Below the pieces are notes generated by a model. The model ran no database searches, had not been told where the DNA came from, and saw nothing but the letters and a program-made list of their open reading frames with translations. Shown one piece after another: positions 1 through 10,406 of a DNA stretch of 64,000 nt. Each line of letters starts with the position of its first letter. Position 1 is the first letter of the stretch. The stretch is from Candidatus Omnitrophota bacterium (lineage in GTDB: Bacteria; Omnitrophota; Omnitrophia; Omnitrophales; Aquincolibacteriaceae): contig JAKLFP010000001.1 in the NCBI GenBank assembly GCA_022711115.1, positions 453,183 through 517,182 on the forward strand. Reading direction: 5' to 3'. The position numbers and the translations under genes were made by a program.

Positions 1-272
1 TGTGGACAGGCGAGCAAAATACGATAGGACAAAAAGCCTGTCGTGCTCGTCCCATGCTTGGAATCATTGTCACCCGGGGCGTGGACTCTCGGGCGACGAG
101 GCGTAATCGGCTCAAGAGATGGATTCGCGAAACCTTCCGGGATCAGCAAAGTCGCTTAAAGGCGGGAATGGCATTCTTAATTAAAGTAAAAAAAACACAA
201 AAGCTCACGTCTTTTCCACGAATGAAAGAAGACCTTATCGCGATGTTTAAAAAAGCGGAAGTTTGGCTGTGA
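1..272 (+). CDS. rnpA: Ribonuclease P protein component, 5' end cut by window edge
   Basis: Reading frame is open from position 3. Translation ...[36 protein letters not shown] matches the conserved basic RNR motif region of RnpA. Followed by yidD and yidC in the canonical arrangement. Confidence 0.8.
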   Translation, partial: WTGEQNTIGQKACRARPMLGIIVTRGVDSRATRRNRLKRWIRETFRDQQSRLKAGMAFLIKVKKTQKLTSFPRMKEDLIAMFKKAEVWL

Positions 273-481
273 AAAAATTTTTTCTTTTTTTAATATCTCT
301 TTATCGCTTTTCGGCATCCCCGCTTTTGGGACCCTGCTGCCGTTTTCAACCCAGTTGTTCTTGCTATGCTGAAGAAGCGATCAAGGAAAAAGGCGTGATC
401 AATGGAATAAAGCTTGCTGTCAAACGGCTTCTTAAATGCCATCCTTTTCATCCCGGCGGCTTCGACCCGCTTGAAAAATAA
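263..481 (+). CDS. yidD: Membrane protein insertion efficiency factor YidD
   Basis: 72 aa with the Cys-rich YidD signature ([21 protein letters not shown]...HPGGFDP). Sits between rnpA and yidC. Confidence 0.85.
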   Translation: MAVKKFFLFLISLYRFSASPLLGPCCRFQPSCSCYAEEAIKEKGVINGIKLAVKRLLKCHPFHPGGFDPLEK

Positions 482-489
482 GGAACCTT

Positions 490-2127
490 ATGGATAAAAA
501 TACTTTAAAAGCTATAGTTCTCTCAGCCGTCCTTCTTTTTGTTTATCCGCTTATGCTCAAATGGTTTTATCCGGCCGCATACCAAAAACCGGTACCGACG
601 GAACAGAACATTGTGCAAAAAACAGACCCTGTTATTGAAACCAAACCGCTGAGTCCCGCGGAAGGATCTTTCATAGAAAAAGGAGAAACGCCCGCAACAA
701 CTCTTTTTGAAAATGCTCTTTATCGAATAGAATTTTCCACTCTGGGAGGGACCATCACCAGCCTCTCCTATTTAGGGGAACCGGAGCGAAGAGCGCTGAC
801 CAAGACAGAATTTTTTACCGGTGATCCAAACCTGTCAGGAATTTTTGGTGTCAATATTCTTCACGAGAAAGCCAGCCTTGCTCATACGGTTTTTAAGATG
901 GTTCGCAAGGGGGTCAACAACGAGACCCTGGAATTCTTTTATGAATTACCGGGAGAATACCAGATTATTAAAACCTATACCATGCATCAGGATAAAGCAA
1001 CCATCGACCTTTTGGTTCGCGTTAGAAATCTGTCCGAGCGGGAAAAAAACATGCCGATCGAGCTGAATTATGGCGTGAGCTATGAAGAAGGTTTTCAAAA
1101 AGATTACGGTTACTACGATGCCGTGACTTATAGCGATAAACTGAATACGGCAGATCTTGCCAAGGTAAAGAAAAAAGGATACGCCTTTCCTGAAGCGACA
1201 CAATGGTCAGGGTTCATCAAAAAATATTTCGCGCTTCTTATAAAACCCGACGGGAAAATAGTCTCGGGAACCTCTAAAGCGGATGAAAAAAATCTCACCT
1301 CCACAGTTTTGTTGGAACCTTTGACAGTGCCCGCAGGGAGCGAAGCGAAGAGAGAAATTTTGATTTATGCCGGGCCGCAAAGATATGAAGTTCTCAAAAG
1401 TTTCGGAGTGGGTTTTGAAAGCGTTTTTTCCAGAGGCTTTTTCGGACTTTTTAAAACTTGGCTTTTGCTCGTTTTGAAATTCTTAAATCAATTCACCCAT
1501 AATTTTGGGTGGGCCCTCGTGATTCTTACACTTCTTATCAAATTGATCTTCGCCCCTTTAACGCACATTAGTTATTCCTCCATGAAGAAAATGCAGGCAC
1601 TTGCGCCAAAGCAGAAAGCGATCCAAGAACGGTACAAAAAAGATCCGGCGAAAGCACAACAGGAAGTCATGGCCCTTTACCGGCGAAACAAAGTCAATCC
1701 CATGATGGGCTGTCTTCCGATGCTTATACAAATACCCGTTTTCATAGCGATCTTTCGCCTTCTTCCGGAGGCAATCGAATTTCACGGAGCGCCGTTCATT
1801 TTCTGGATCAAAGATCTTTCCGCTCCCGATCATTTTTTAACGCTCCCTTTTACAATTCCTATTCTCGGCTGGGACGCGCTGAACATTCTGCCGATTCTGA
1901 TGGCGGCTTCTCAGGTCTGGTATCAAAAAATCATGCCGCAACAACCCGGATCGACTCCCGAGCAGGCAACCATCATGAACCTTATGCCGATATTTTTCGG
2001 ATTTATGTGCTATACCATGCCCTCAGGACTGACGCTTTACTGGTTTTTGCAGAACATTTTTTCAATAGCGCAGCAGGTTTTTATTAATAAGATCGTCGTC
2101 GTGTTGCATCACGAAGACGCACAATAA
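490..2127 (+). CDS. yidC: Membrane protein insertase YidC
   Basis: 545 aa. N-terminal TM helix, large periplasmic domain, then the conserved C-terminal five-TM Oxa1/YidC core (WALVILTLLIKLIFAPLT...MKKMQALAPKQKAIQERYKKDP...). Confidence 0.9.
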   Translation: MDKNTLKAIVLSAVLLFVYPLMLKWFYPAAYQKPVPTEQNIVQKTDPVIETKPLSPAEGSFIEKGETPATTLFENALYRIEFSTLGGTITSLSYLGEPERRALTKTEFFTGDPNLSGIFGVNILHEKASLAHTVFKMVRKGVNNETLEFFYELPGEYQIIKTYTMHQDKATIDLLVRVRNLSEREKNMPIELNYGVSYEEGFQKDYGYYDAVTYSDKLNTADLAKVKKKGYAFPEATQWSGFIKKYFALLIKPDGKIVSGTSKADEKNLTSTVLLEPLTVPAGSEAKREILIYAGPQRYEVLKSFGVGFESVFSRGFFGLFKTWLLLVLKFLNQFTHNFGWALVILTLLIKLIFAPLTHISYSSMKKMQALAPKQKAIQERYKKDPAKAQQEVMALYRRNKVNPMMGCLPMLIQIPVFIAIFRLLPEAIEFHGAPFIFWIKDLSAPDHFLTLPFTIPILGWDALNILPILMAASQVWYQKIMPQQPGSTPEQATIMNLMPIFFGFMCYTMPSGLTLYWFLQNIFSIAQQVFINKIVVVLHHEDAQ

Positions 2128-2195
2128 GTAAATAAAGAAAAGCAGAAAAATCTTTTTGCTTTTCCCGCTCCACGCTCTTCATCCTCGAGACAAAC

Positions 2196-4013
2196 ATGAC
2201 TACAAAAAATTTCGCGGCCATTGTGGTTGGAGCCGGTCACGCCGGAGTCGAAGCCTCTCTCGCCATTGCAAGATGCGGCTTCCCGGTTCTTGTGCTCACG
2301 ATGGATACGAAAGCCATCGCGCGTATGTCCTGCAACCCGGCCATTGGCGGTTTAGCAAAAGGCCACATCGTCCGGGAAATCGATGCTCTTGGAGGAGAAA
2401 TGGGTCTGGCAACGGACGCCACCGGAATCCAATTTCGAATGCTCAACAAATCCAAAGGCCCAGCGGTTTGGGCGCCGCGAGCCCAAGCGGACAAAAAACA
2501 GTACGAGCTTTACATGAAAAAAGCTCTCGAATCCGAAAAAAACCTTACACTCAAACAAGGCCAGGTTGTTGAGTTGCTCGTACAAGATGGAAAATGCCAC
2601 GGAGTGCGAACGAAAGAAGGCGATGAATTTTTCGGTGAGCATGTCATTTTGACCACGGGAACTTTTCTGCAAGGGTTGATTCATGTTGGCGAAGAGCATC
2701 ATCCCGGCGGGCGACGTGACGAACCTCCTGCCGTGGGGCTTTCGGATTCTCTGAGGCAATGCGGGATTGAACTTGTTCGTTTTAAAACAGGAACGCCGCC
2801 AAGAATACATCAAAAAAGCATTCGATGGGAAAACCTCGAAAAGCAGGACGGCGATGAGCCGCCGCCGGCGTTTTCATACCGGACAAAAAAATTGGCTGTC
2901 GAGCAAATGCCGTGCTATTTAACGCATACGAATGAAGCCGTCCACGACATTATTCGGACAAATCTACACCGATCCCCTCTTTACGCCGGGAAAATCCTTG
3001 GAGTCGGGCCGCGGTATTGCCCGTCCGTTGAAGATAAAGTTGTAAAATTTCCAAATAGAAAAAGCCATCAGATCTATTTAGAACCCGAGGGACGGAATAC
3101 GGATGAGATTTACGTCAACGGATTCTCGACTTCCCTGCCAAAAGACATTCAGAAAGAAGCGCTTCATCGGATTTTCGGGCTTGAGGATGCTGAAATAGTA
3201 AAATTCGGTTATGCGATTGAATACGATGCCGTTCCGCCGACGCAGTTGAGACACTCACTCGAAAGCAAAAAAATTCAAAATCTTTTCTTTGCGGGACAAA
3301 TTAACTGCACCTCTGGCTACGAAGAAGCAGGCGCCCAAGGTCTTATGGCAGGATTTAATGTGATACGCAAGCTTCGAGGAGAGCAGGAGTTCGTTCTGGA
3401 GCGCAACGAAGCTTACATCTCCGTGCTTGTGGATGATCTCGTGACCTGTGGTACGAACGAACCGTATCGCATGTTTACGTCAAGAGCGGAATTCCGGTTA
3501 CTGCTTCGTCAGGACAACGCTGACCAAAGGTTAATGAACTATGGATACAAGTTCGGCACCATTTCAAAAGAAACATATGATGAATTTAAAAATAAAATGG
3601 GAAGAATCGAAAAAGAAAAAGAAAATCTGAGAGAAAATAAAATAAAAAATGACAGCCTTTACAAATATATCAAGCGTCCCGAAATATCATATAAAGCATT
3701 GATAAAAAATAACTTACACTCATGCAATCTTAACGATGATGAAATCCATATTCTTGAAACAGAAATAAAATATGAAGGCTATATTTTGCAGCAGCAAAGC
3801 GAAGCAAAGAAATTCGAGAAGCTCGAAAAGAAAAAAATTCCGGAAACAATTGATTACGATGCTGTGAAAGGAATCGGACGCGAAGCAAAAGAAAAACTTA
3901 AAAAAATCAAACCAGAATCCATCGGGCAAGCCTCAAGAATTCCAGGCATCTCTTCTTGCGACTTATCGCTTCTGGCAGTTTACCTCAGGAAAAAAGCAAA
4001 AGATCTTCAATAA
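2196..4013 (+). CDS. mnmG: tRNA uridine 5-carboxymethylaminomethyl modification enzyme MnmG (GidA)
   Basis: 605 aa. N-terminal FAD-binding motif VVGAGHAGVEA and full-length similarity to MnmG/GidA. No mnmE, rsmG or jag is seen nearby. Confidence 0.9.
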   Translation: MTTKNFAAIVVGAGHAGVEASLAIARCGFPVLVLTMDTKAIARMSCNPAIGGLAKGHIVREIDALGGEMGLATDATGIQFRMLNKSKGPAVWAPRAQADKKQYELYMKKALESEKNLTLKQGQVVELLVQDGKCHGVRTKEGDEFFGEHVILTTGTFLQGLIHVGEEHHPGGRRDEPPAVGLSDSLRQCGIELVRFKTGTPPRIHQKSIRWENLEKQDGDEPPPAFSYRTKKLAVEQMPCYLTHTNEAVHDIIRTNLHRSPLYAGKILGVGPRYCPSVEDKVVKFPNRKSHQIYLEPEGRNTDEIYVNGFSTSLPKDIQKEALHRIFGLEDAEIVKFGYAIEYDAVPPTQLRHSLESKKIQNLFFAGQINCTSGYEEAGAQGLMAGFNVIRKLRGEQEFVLERNEAYISVLVDDLVTCGTNEPYRMFTSRAEFRLLLRQDNADQRLMNYGYKFGTISKETYDEFKNKMGRIEKEKENLRENKIKNDSLYKYIKRPEISYKALIKNNLHSCNLNDDEIHILETEIKYEGYILQQQSEAKKFEKLEKKKIPETIDYDAVKGIGREAKEKLKKIKPESIGQASRIPGISSCDLSLLAVYLRKKAKDLQ

Positions 4014-4150
4014 AGATATTTCTCATAACCTCCAAGGCCACATTGAATCGATATCCAAAGAGATTCATATAAAGCTTAATCAATATATTTTTTTAAAGAA
4101 TGCAGTTATATTATCTTGCCAAATATACATATATAAAAAATCTCATATAG

Positions 4151-4166
4151 AGTTTCACGTGAAACG
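4151..4166. promoter_or_regulatory. parS centromere-like site (aGTTTCACGTGAAACg)
   Basis: 14-bp perfect palindrome GTTTCACGTGAAAC matching the parS consensus TGTTNCACGTGAAACA. Lies in the AT-rich 470-bp gap between mnmG and parA. Confidence 0.75.
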
Positions 4167-4457
4167 GCACAGTATTTTTTAAACTCATAGAGCTTCATTT
4201 AAAGATTATCTATTTAGAGGGCTATCCGAAAAATTTCGGATTCCGCTTTCACAAAAAGAAAAGTCCAAAATTTTTTACGGTATTGATATTATCATCAAAA
4301 TTTCGAAAAATGTCTCCAGGCTCTTAAAATTTTATTCTATGGCGAGCTCAGAGATGAACCGTATAAAATCAAATTTTAATGATTGAATGCCGTAAAAAAC
4401 GATGTAAAATAACTGTAATATTTGCCGATGTTATTTATGGCATACTAAGAAAACAAT

Positions 4458-4473
4458 GTTTCACGTGAAACGT
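4458..4473. promoter_or_regulatory. parS centromere-like site (TGTTTCACGTGAAACg)
   Basis: 15/16 match to the parS consensus. Located 12 bp upstream of the parA start, just before an AGGAGG ribosome-binding site. Confidence 0.8.
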
Positions 4474-4484
4474 CAGGAGGTTCT

Positions 4485-5360
4485 ATGGGTAAAATATTTT
4501 CATTTTTCAATCAAAAAGGTGGCGTAGGAAAAACAACTTCTGTTATAAACATAGCTGCAGTTTTATCTCAGCAAGGTAAAAAATGTCTTATCATAGATCT
4601 AGATTCTCAAGCTAACGCTACAAGTGGTATTGGGATAGAGAAAAATGATAACGAATCCACAGCCTATCAAATTCTTGTTGATAAGTCAGATCCGTCCAGC
4701 TGCATCAAAAAAACCGCTATAGAGAATTTATGGATCATTCCATCAAACGCCCATTTAGCCGGAGCTGAAATGCATCTTATCAGTCAGGAAAAAAGAGAAT
4801 ATATTCTTAAAGAACAACTTCAAAAAATTTCTAGTGGCTATGATTTTATTTTTATTGATTGTCCGCCATCTCTTGGGCTAACAAGTATAAATGCTTTAAC
4901 AGCAAGCAATTATATCATTATACCTCTTCAGTGTGAGTACTATGCCTTAGAAGGACTTGGGCAACTTCTCAACACTTACCAGCTTGTAAAGAAAAATTTG
5001 AGCCAAGAACTTGAGCTTGGAGGAGTTATTTTGACGATGGCTGATTTCCGAACCAATTTAACGCAGCAAGTTGTCGAAGAAGTTCGAAGTTATTTCAAAG
5101 AGAAGGTTTTTCAAAACATAATTCCGAGATCCGTAAAACTTTCCGAGGCTCCAAGCTTTGGAAAGCCAGCTATTTTGTATGACCCTCACAACAAAGGATC
5201 GCAAAGCTATGTCGAGCTCGGAAAAGAATTTTTTATGAGATTTTCTCCCGGAGAAATCTTTTCGATGACAACCAATTCCGAGCCCAACACAGCTGTAGAA
5301 ACTCAAGCTGCACCACCAGAAAACATTCAAGAACAAATTCCGATAAAGCAGGAAGGATAA
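4485..5360 (+). CDS. parA: Chromosome partitioning ATPase ParA/Soj
   Basis: Deviant Walker A motif KGGVGKTT at the N-terminus, with ParA-family similarity throughout. AGGAGG RBS 4 nt upstream. Has a low-complexity C-terminal tail. Confidence 0.9.
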   Translation: MGKIFSFFNQKGGVGKTTSVINIAAVLSQQGKKCLIIDLDSQANATSGIGIEKNDNESTAYQILVDKSDPSSCIKKTAIENLWIIPSNAHLAGAEMHLISQEKREYILKEQLQKISSGYDFIFIDCPPSLGLTSINALTASNYIIIPLQCEYYALEGLGQLLNTYQLVKKNLSQELELGGVILTMADFRTNLTQQVVEEVRSYFKEKVFQNIIPRSVKLSEAPSFGKPAILYDPHNKGSQSYVELGKEFFMRFSPGEIFSMTTNSEPNTAVETQAAPPENIQEQIPIKQEG

Positions 5361-5392
5361 TGAAACCACAACCTATTTATTTATAAGGAGTT

Positions 5393-6355
5393 ATGATTAT
5401 GAAAAAAGCCCTTGGCAAAGGATTAAGCGCATTAATCCCTGATAGCTATGTTAAGGAACAACAAGACGCAGCCGTTGCAACTCAATACGAGGAACAAAAA
5501 CAAGCCGTTGTCGAAACTTTACCGCCAAAAGACGAAGTTTTAATTCAAAAAGATCTCGCCTCTGAAGCTTTTCAGCTTTTGCCTATAGCCAAGATTATTC
5601 CCAACGAAGATCAACCGAGAAAGAAATTTAATAACGAAACAATCGAAGAGCTTGCGAATTCCATAAAAGAAAAAGGCGTTTTGCAGCCCATTATTGTTAA
5701 GCGAGTCAATGAAAGTCAGTACAAATTAGTTTGTGGCGAAAGGAGATTTCGCGCAGCTTCTCTTTGTGGCCTTTCCGAAGTCCCGGCGGTAATCAAGGAT
5801 GTTGCCACAGAGGATTTTTTGGAATGGGCCTTGATCGAAAACATCCAACGGGAAGACTTGAATCCTCTGGAAGAAGCCGAAGCGTATCAGAGGCTGGTTG
5901 AAGAAAGAATGCTTTCTCAGGAAGAAGTTGCGAAACGCGTTGGTAAAAACCGAACAACCGTGACGAATATTCTAAGGCTTTTAAGATTACCCGACGAGGT
6001 GAAATTGTATTTGTCGGAAGGGCGGCTTTCCTCAGGACATGCCCGCGCGCTTTTGGGATTGTTGACACCGGAACATCAAAGACATATGGCGAAACGGATT
6101 GTGGAAGAGAATTTATCGGTCCGTCAGGTGGAAGCCATTGTCGGCCGCAGCGTTGCGCATAAGAGAAAAGCAAAAACAGCACGTCACCTCAGCGCCGAGA
6201 TCGTGGATCTCGAGACAAGACTGACGCATTTTCTTGGGACTCAGGCAAAAATCTATCCTAGGAAGAATCAAAAAGAAGGACGCATTGAAATCCAGTACTT
6301 TTCTTTGGACGATCTGGATCGCGTTCTTCAAAAGATAGGACTTCCTCGGGGGTAA
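5393..6355 (+). CDS. parB: Chromosome partitioning protein ParB/Spo0J
   Basis: ParB N-terminal box (GKGLSALIP), the ParB/Srx motif VCGERRFRAA, and an HTH region. Follows parA directly. Confidence 0.9.
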   Translation: MIMKKALGKGLSALIPDSYVKEQQDAAVATQYEEQKQAVVETLPPKDEVLIQKDLASEAFQLLPIAKIIPNEDQPRKKFNNETIEELANSIKEKGVLQPIIVKRVNESQYKLVCGERRFRAASLCGLSEVPAVIKDVATEDFLEWALIENIQREDLNPLEEAEAYQRLVEERMLSQEEVAKRVGKNRTTVTNILRLLRLPDEVKLYLSEGRLSSGHARALLGLLTPEHQRHMAKRIVEENLSVRQVEAIVGRSVAHKRKAKTARHLSAEIVDLETRLTHFLGTQAKIYPRKNQKEGRIEIQYFSLDDLDRVLQKIGLPRG

Positions 6356-6447
6356 TGATGAAATAGGGCCAAAGACTATAAAAGAAAACACAGGACGTTA
6401 ATGTTTTTAGAGAACAATCTTAGACAAGTTCGAAGCAAGCGCCTTAA

Positions 6448-6475
6448 TTGACATCAAAAAGCGCTATGCTATAAT
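6448..6475 (+). promoter_or_regulatory. Sigma70-type promoter (TTGACA-16 nt-TATAAT) upstream of the sugar-binding-protein gene
   Basis: Exact TTGACA at 6448-6453 and exact TATAAT at 6470-6475, about 100 bp upstream of the 6576 start. Confidence 0.5.
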
Positions 6476-6575
6476 TTGCGAACTTTATTATTTAATTTTT
6501 ATATTTTAAAATGGTTTTAAATAGAACAATATTTCCTCTCACCATTGGCAAAGCCTTTCAAAAAGGAAAATCCAA

Positions 6576-7871
6576 ATGGCAAAAAAGTTTTGGATAAAAA
6601 GTTTCTCAGTATTTTTAATAACCTGTGCCCTGATAGGCTGTAGTTCCGAAGGCTCGAAAAGCAATAAAGGAGTTACGGAAGTTAAAGTGAGCTTTTGGGG
6701 GACGCCCGAAGAAGTCCATATTATCACGGAGGCCCTTCAGGAATGGCAGAATGAACACCCCGAGATTAAAATCATTTTTGAACACACGCCTTATACCGGT
6801 TATATCAGTAAAATTCTTACGCGGATTGCCGGAGGGGCCGCGCCGGATATTATTGCCACTGAGGTTGATTATTTTGTAACCTTTGCTTCCAAGGAAGTTC
6901 TTGAAGACTTAAATCCTTATGTGGCGGCCGATGAGAAGAACTTTAAAAAGGAAGACTTTTTCCCTCAAATTATCGATCGTTTTACGCATAACGGGAAATT
7001 TTTTGCTGTCCCGCGGGATATCGCTCCGTTTGCCTGTGTGTTTTACAACAAAAGGCTTTTTGATGAAGCGAATCTTCCATATCCCACCGAGGATTGGACG
7101 TGGAGCGACTTGTTGCGCCTAGCGCGTGAACTTACCAAAAAAGACAATGCCGGACGCGTCACGCAGTACGGCTTCTACACCTGGGCATGGCAGAACTTCA
7201 TTTATGGCAACGGCGGCGGATTAGTGGACAATGTAAAAGATCCGAAAAAAACAAGACTTGATGATCCTCTCACGATTGCAGGCCTTCAATTTTATGCGGA
7301 CCTGAGCAACCTTTATGGTGTGATGCCAACACCAGTGGCTTTTTCGAACTTTGGAATGGGAGCGGATAGAATGTTTGCGAACGGCCGCATCGCGATGTTT
7401 CTTTCTGGCATCTGGGAAACCCCTCAATTCCGTAATTACAGTTTCGATTGGGATGTTGTGATGTTTCCTAAAAACAAAAAAGGAACCCGCGCCTTCGGGA
7501 CCGGCGGGACCGGTTATGCCATCCTGAAATCCTCCAAGCACAAGAAAGCCGCATGGGAGGTCATCAAAGCACTGACGGGCCCGGAAGGGCAGAGACAATT
7601 TGCCAAAAGGGGACTTGCGCAGCCGGCGCGTATTTCGGTAGCAGAAAGCGATGCCTTTGCCGGCGATGTCGCGGTGCCCGTAAATAAAAAAATGCTTAAT
7701 GAAGCGGTTCAATACAGCGTCTTCAGCCCGTTTCATCCTTCCTGGCGAGAGATAGAAGAAAAGATTATCAACCCAAAACTAGACCTTGTCTTTAATGGTA
7801 AGAAAAAAGCCATAGAAATTGTTAAAGAGTTAACGCCGGAAGTCAACGCCTTGTTGCAACAAACAAAGTAA
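6576..7871 (+). CDS. ABC transporter substrate-binding lipoprotein (family 1 solute-binding, carbohydrate type)
   Basis: 431 aa. Signal peptide with lipobox (LITCALIGCSS). Overall resemblance to sugar-binding SBPs. No permease or ATPase genes are adjacent. Confidence 0.7.
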   Translation: MAKKFWIKSFSVFLITCALIGCSSEGSKSNKGVTEVKVSFWGTPEEVHIITEALQEWQNEHPEIKIIFEHTPYTGYISKILTRIAGGAAPDIIATEVDYFVTFASKEVLEDLNPYVAADEKNFKKEDFFPQIIDRFTHNGKFFAVPRDIAPFACVFYNKRLFDEANLPYPTEDWTWSDLLRLARELTKKDNAGRVTQYGFYTWAWQNFIYGNGGGLVDNVKDPKKTRLDDPLTIAGLQFYADLSNLYGVMPTPVAFSNFGMGADRMFANGRIAMFLSGIWETPQFRNYSFDWDVVMFPKNKKGTRAFGTGGTGYAILKSSKHKKAAWEVIKALTGPEGQRQFAKRGLAQPARISVAESDAFAGDVAVPVNKKMLNEAVQYSVFSPFHPSWREIEEKIINPKLDLVFNGKKKAIEIVKELTPEVNALLQQTK

Positions 7872-7921
7872 ACACCTGCCGTCTTAATTCATCCGAAAAA
7901 AGGAGCTTTTTAGCGTTTTTC

Positions 7922-10396
7922 ATGAAAACAAATTTCAAAAAAAACAAAAAGAAAAAAGAAAAAAAGATGGCCATCAAAAAAGCCGCTAAAGCACAAGCCG
8001 AAAGCGAAAGAAAATACGAATCCCCCTACGGTTATTTCACAAAAGATGGCCGCGAATACGTCATCACACGTCCGGACGCACCGCGACCGTGGGTGAATGT
8101 TATTTCCAACGGCGATTATGGCGTCATTGAAACACAAACCGGCTCCGGTTTCTCCTGGAGGGACAACTCCAACCTTTCCCGAATCACACGATGGGACCAG
8201 GACCTTATACGGGACAATTGGGGGAAATATATTTATCTTCGGGATAAAGATAATGGTGATTACTGGTCCGGAACATGGAAGCCGTGCATGACGAAATACG
8301 ACTTTTTCGAAGTCCGTCACGGACAAGGATATTCCGTGTTTACCACCAAACTCCACGGGATTAAATTCGAAAAAACTCTTTTTGTGGACGTGGAAGATCC
8401 GGTAGAGGTTTGGAAAGTGGTGGTGGCCAACGAGACCGACAAAAAACGGCGCATCAGTCTCTTTACTTACTTTGATTGGTGTCTCGGGAGCTGGACAGAC
8501 ACACATCGAGAATTTCAAAAAACATTTATCGAAACAGAGATCGATCAGAAAAACGGGTGCATTCACGGCCTTAAACGCGCCCCGCTCGTTCCGGGTTTTA
8601 TTTCAACCGGCATCGCGGAAAAGCCTCTACAGGGATTTCATGCCGCAAGCCCGAAGCCCGTGGCCTATGACGGCGACAAAGAGTCTTTTCTTGGCCGATA
8701 CGGAGAAACGCATTCGCCGGCAGCCGTTATTGAAGGGAAGTGCCGTAATTCTGAAGGAAAGTGGGGGGATGCCGCGGCGAGTCTTCAGGTCGATGTTGAT
8801 CTTGGTCCTAGAGAATCCAAGACCGTGGTTTTTACATTAGGCTCCACGCGCAACCGGGAAGAAGCGGAACGCATCATCAAAAAATATTCCGACAGGCGCA
8901 CGGCAGATCAAGAGCTGCACAAAGTCAAAGCCCTGTGGGATTCATTCGTACATGCCTCGGAAGTAGAGACGCCGGACGAAGCCTTGAACTTTATGACAAA
9001 CACCTGGATGAAATATCAGGCAATTTCGGCCCGCATTTGGGGAAAATGTGCCTACTATCAGTCCAGCGGTGGCTACGGTTTTCGCGACCAGCTTCAGGAC
9101 TGCCAGATCTTTTTTGCCACACGGCCGGAGCTTGCGAAAAAACAGATTCTTTTACATGCCGAGCAGCAATTTCCGGACGGGACGGTCTATCATTGGTGGC
9201 ACCACGGGACCAATATCGGTGCTATTACCAACTGTTCGGACGATCTCCTCTGGCTTGACTTTATTACGCTGAACTATTTAGATGAAACAGCCGATGAAGC
9301 TATTTTGGATATTCCTGTAAAATTCTTGCCGGATTCAAAGACCAAAGAAGTCACTTTGGGAACTCTTTACGATCATCTGATACGCGCTATTGACAAAGCC
9401 TTGACGCGATTTTCTCCAAGAGGGCTGCCTCTTATTGGAGAATGTGACTGGAACGATGGGCTGAGCCATGTTGGCATTAAAGGTAAAGGTGAGTCGATCT
9501 GGCTGGGACACTTTTTGTATGGGATTTTGAATCGGATAGCGCCTATTATGAAAAAGCGCAACGATGTCCAAAAAGCGGAAGAATATCTTAATCGCGCTGA
9601 AGTCTTAAAAAAAGCCATCAACATTCATGGCTGGGACGGCGAATGGTATCTTGGCGCAACGCGCGATGACGGCCGGCCGCTTGGCAGCAAAACGTGTGAG
9701 ACGGGGAAAATATTTTTGAACTGTCAAACATGGGCTGTGATTACAGGCGTGGCAGATAAAGAAAGAGCCGGCATGGCCATGAATTCTGCCGCAAAAAAAT
9801 TATATAAAAAATACGGGCCGCTTCTTCTCACTCCCGGATATAACCAGACAGATGCAACGATAGGCTATATCACACGTTACGCACCTTCGGTCCGCGAGAA
9901 CGGCGGGCTTTATACTCATGCCGGGACTTGGGCCGTTCAAGCTGAAGCCATGATGCGCAACGGGGAACAAGCATACCAGGTATACAAAAGTTTTAATCCA
10001 GCGATTCGCGGGTTGGAACCTGACCTTTATTATTGTGAACCCTATGTGACTCCGGGAAATGTTGATGGTCCCGATTCACCGAATAATGGTCGCGGCGGAT
10101 GGACTTGGTATACAGGTTCTGCGGCTTGGTATGCCTTGGTGGCAATGAACTGGATGCTTGGAATTCGCCCTGACGCGAAAGGGTTGATAGTAGATCCTGT
10201 TATCCCAAAAAAGTGGGACGGGTTTAAAATGAAAAGACTTTTCCGTGGGACGACTTATTTGATCGAAGTGAAAAATCCGGACAAGGTCAATGAAGGCGTG
10301 AAAGAAATGATTGTCGACGGGAAAAGGCAAAAAGAAAATTTAATACCGGATTTTCATGACGGAAAAACACATCGCGTTGAAGTGACGCTCGGCTAA
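7922..10396 (+). CDS. GH94-family glycoside phosphorylase (cellobiose/beta-glucan phosphorylase-like)
   Basis: 824 aa. N-terminal YGYFTKDGREYVITRPDAPRPW resembles cellobiose phosphorylase N-termini. Contains the catalytic-Asp motif GECDWNDG and YGFRDQLQD. The true start may be the internal Met (MAIKK...) after a Lys-rich leader. Confidence 0.7.
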   Translation: MKTNFKKNKKKKEKKMAIKKAAKAQAESERKYESPYGYFTKDGREYVITRPDAPRPWVNVISNGDYGVIETQTGSGFSWRDNSNLSRITRWDQDLIRDNWGKYIYLRDKDNGDYWSGTWKPCMTKYDFFEVRHGQGYSVFTTKLHGIKFEKTLFVDVEDPVEVWKVVVANETDKKRRISLFTYFDWCLGSWTDTHREFQKTFIETEIDQKNGCIHGLKRAPLVPGFISTGIAEKPLQGFHAASPKPVAYDGDKESFLGRYGETHSPAAVIEGKCRNSEGKWGDAAASLQVDVDLGPRESKTVVFTLGSTRNREEAERIIKKYSDRRTADQELHKVKALWDSFVHASEVETPDEALNFMTNTWMKYQAISARIWGKCAYYQSSGGYGFRDQLQDCQIFFATRPELAKKQILLHAEQQFPDGTVYHWWHHGTNIGAITNCSDDLLWLDFITLNYLDETADEAILDIPVKFLPDSKTKEVTLGTLYDHLIRAIDKALTRFSPRGLPLIGECDWNDGLSHVGIKGKGESIWLGHFLYGILNRIAPIMKKRNDVQKAEEYLNRAEVLKKAINIHGWDGEWYLGATRDDGRPLGSKTCETGKIFLNCQTWAVITGVADKERAGMAMNSAAKKLYKKYGPLLLTPGYNQTDATIGYITRYAPSVRENGGLYTHAGTWAVQAEAMMRNGEQAYQVYKSFNPAIRGLEPDLYYCEPYVTPGNVDGPDSPNNGRGGWTWYTGSAAWYALVAMNWMLGIRPDAKGLIVDPVIPKKWDGFKMKRLFRGTTYLIEVKNPDKVNEGVKEMIVDGKRQKENLIPDFHDGKTHRVEVTLG

Positions 10397-10406
10397 TCCC
10401 CGGCCT

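Noticed and set aside
2156-2572. 138-aa Arg/Ser-rich plus-strand ORF overlapping the mnmG start.
   Set aside because: It is an out-of-frame overlap with mnmG, has a biased composition and no homology signal. Treated as spurious.
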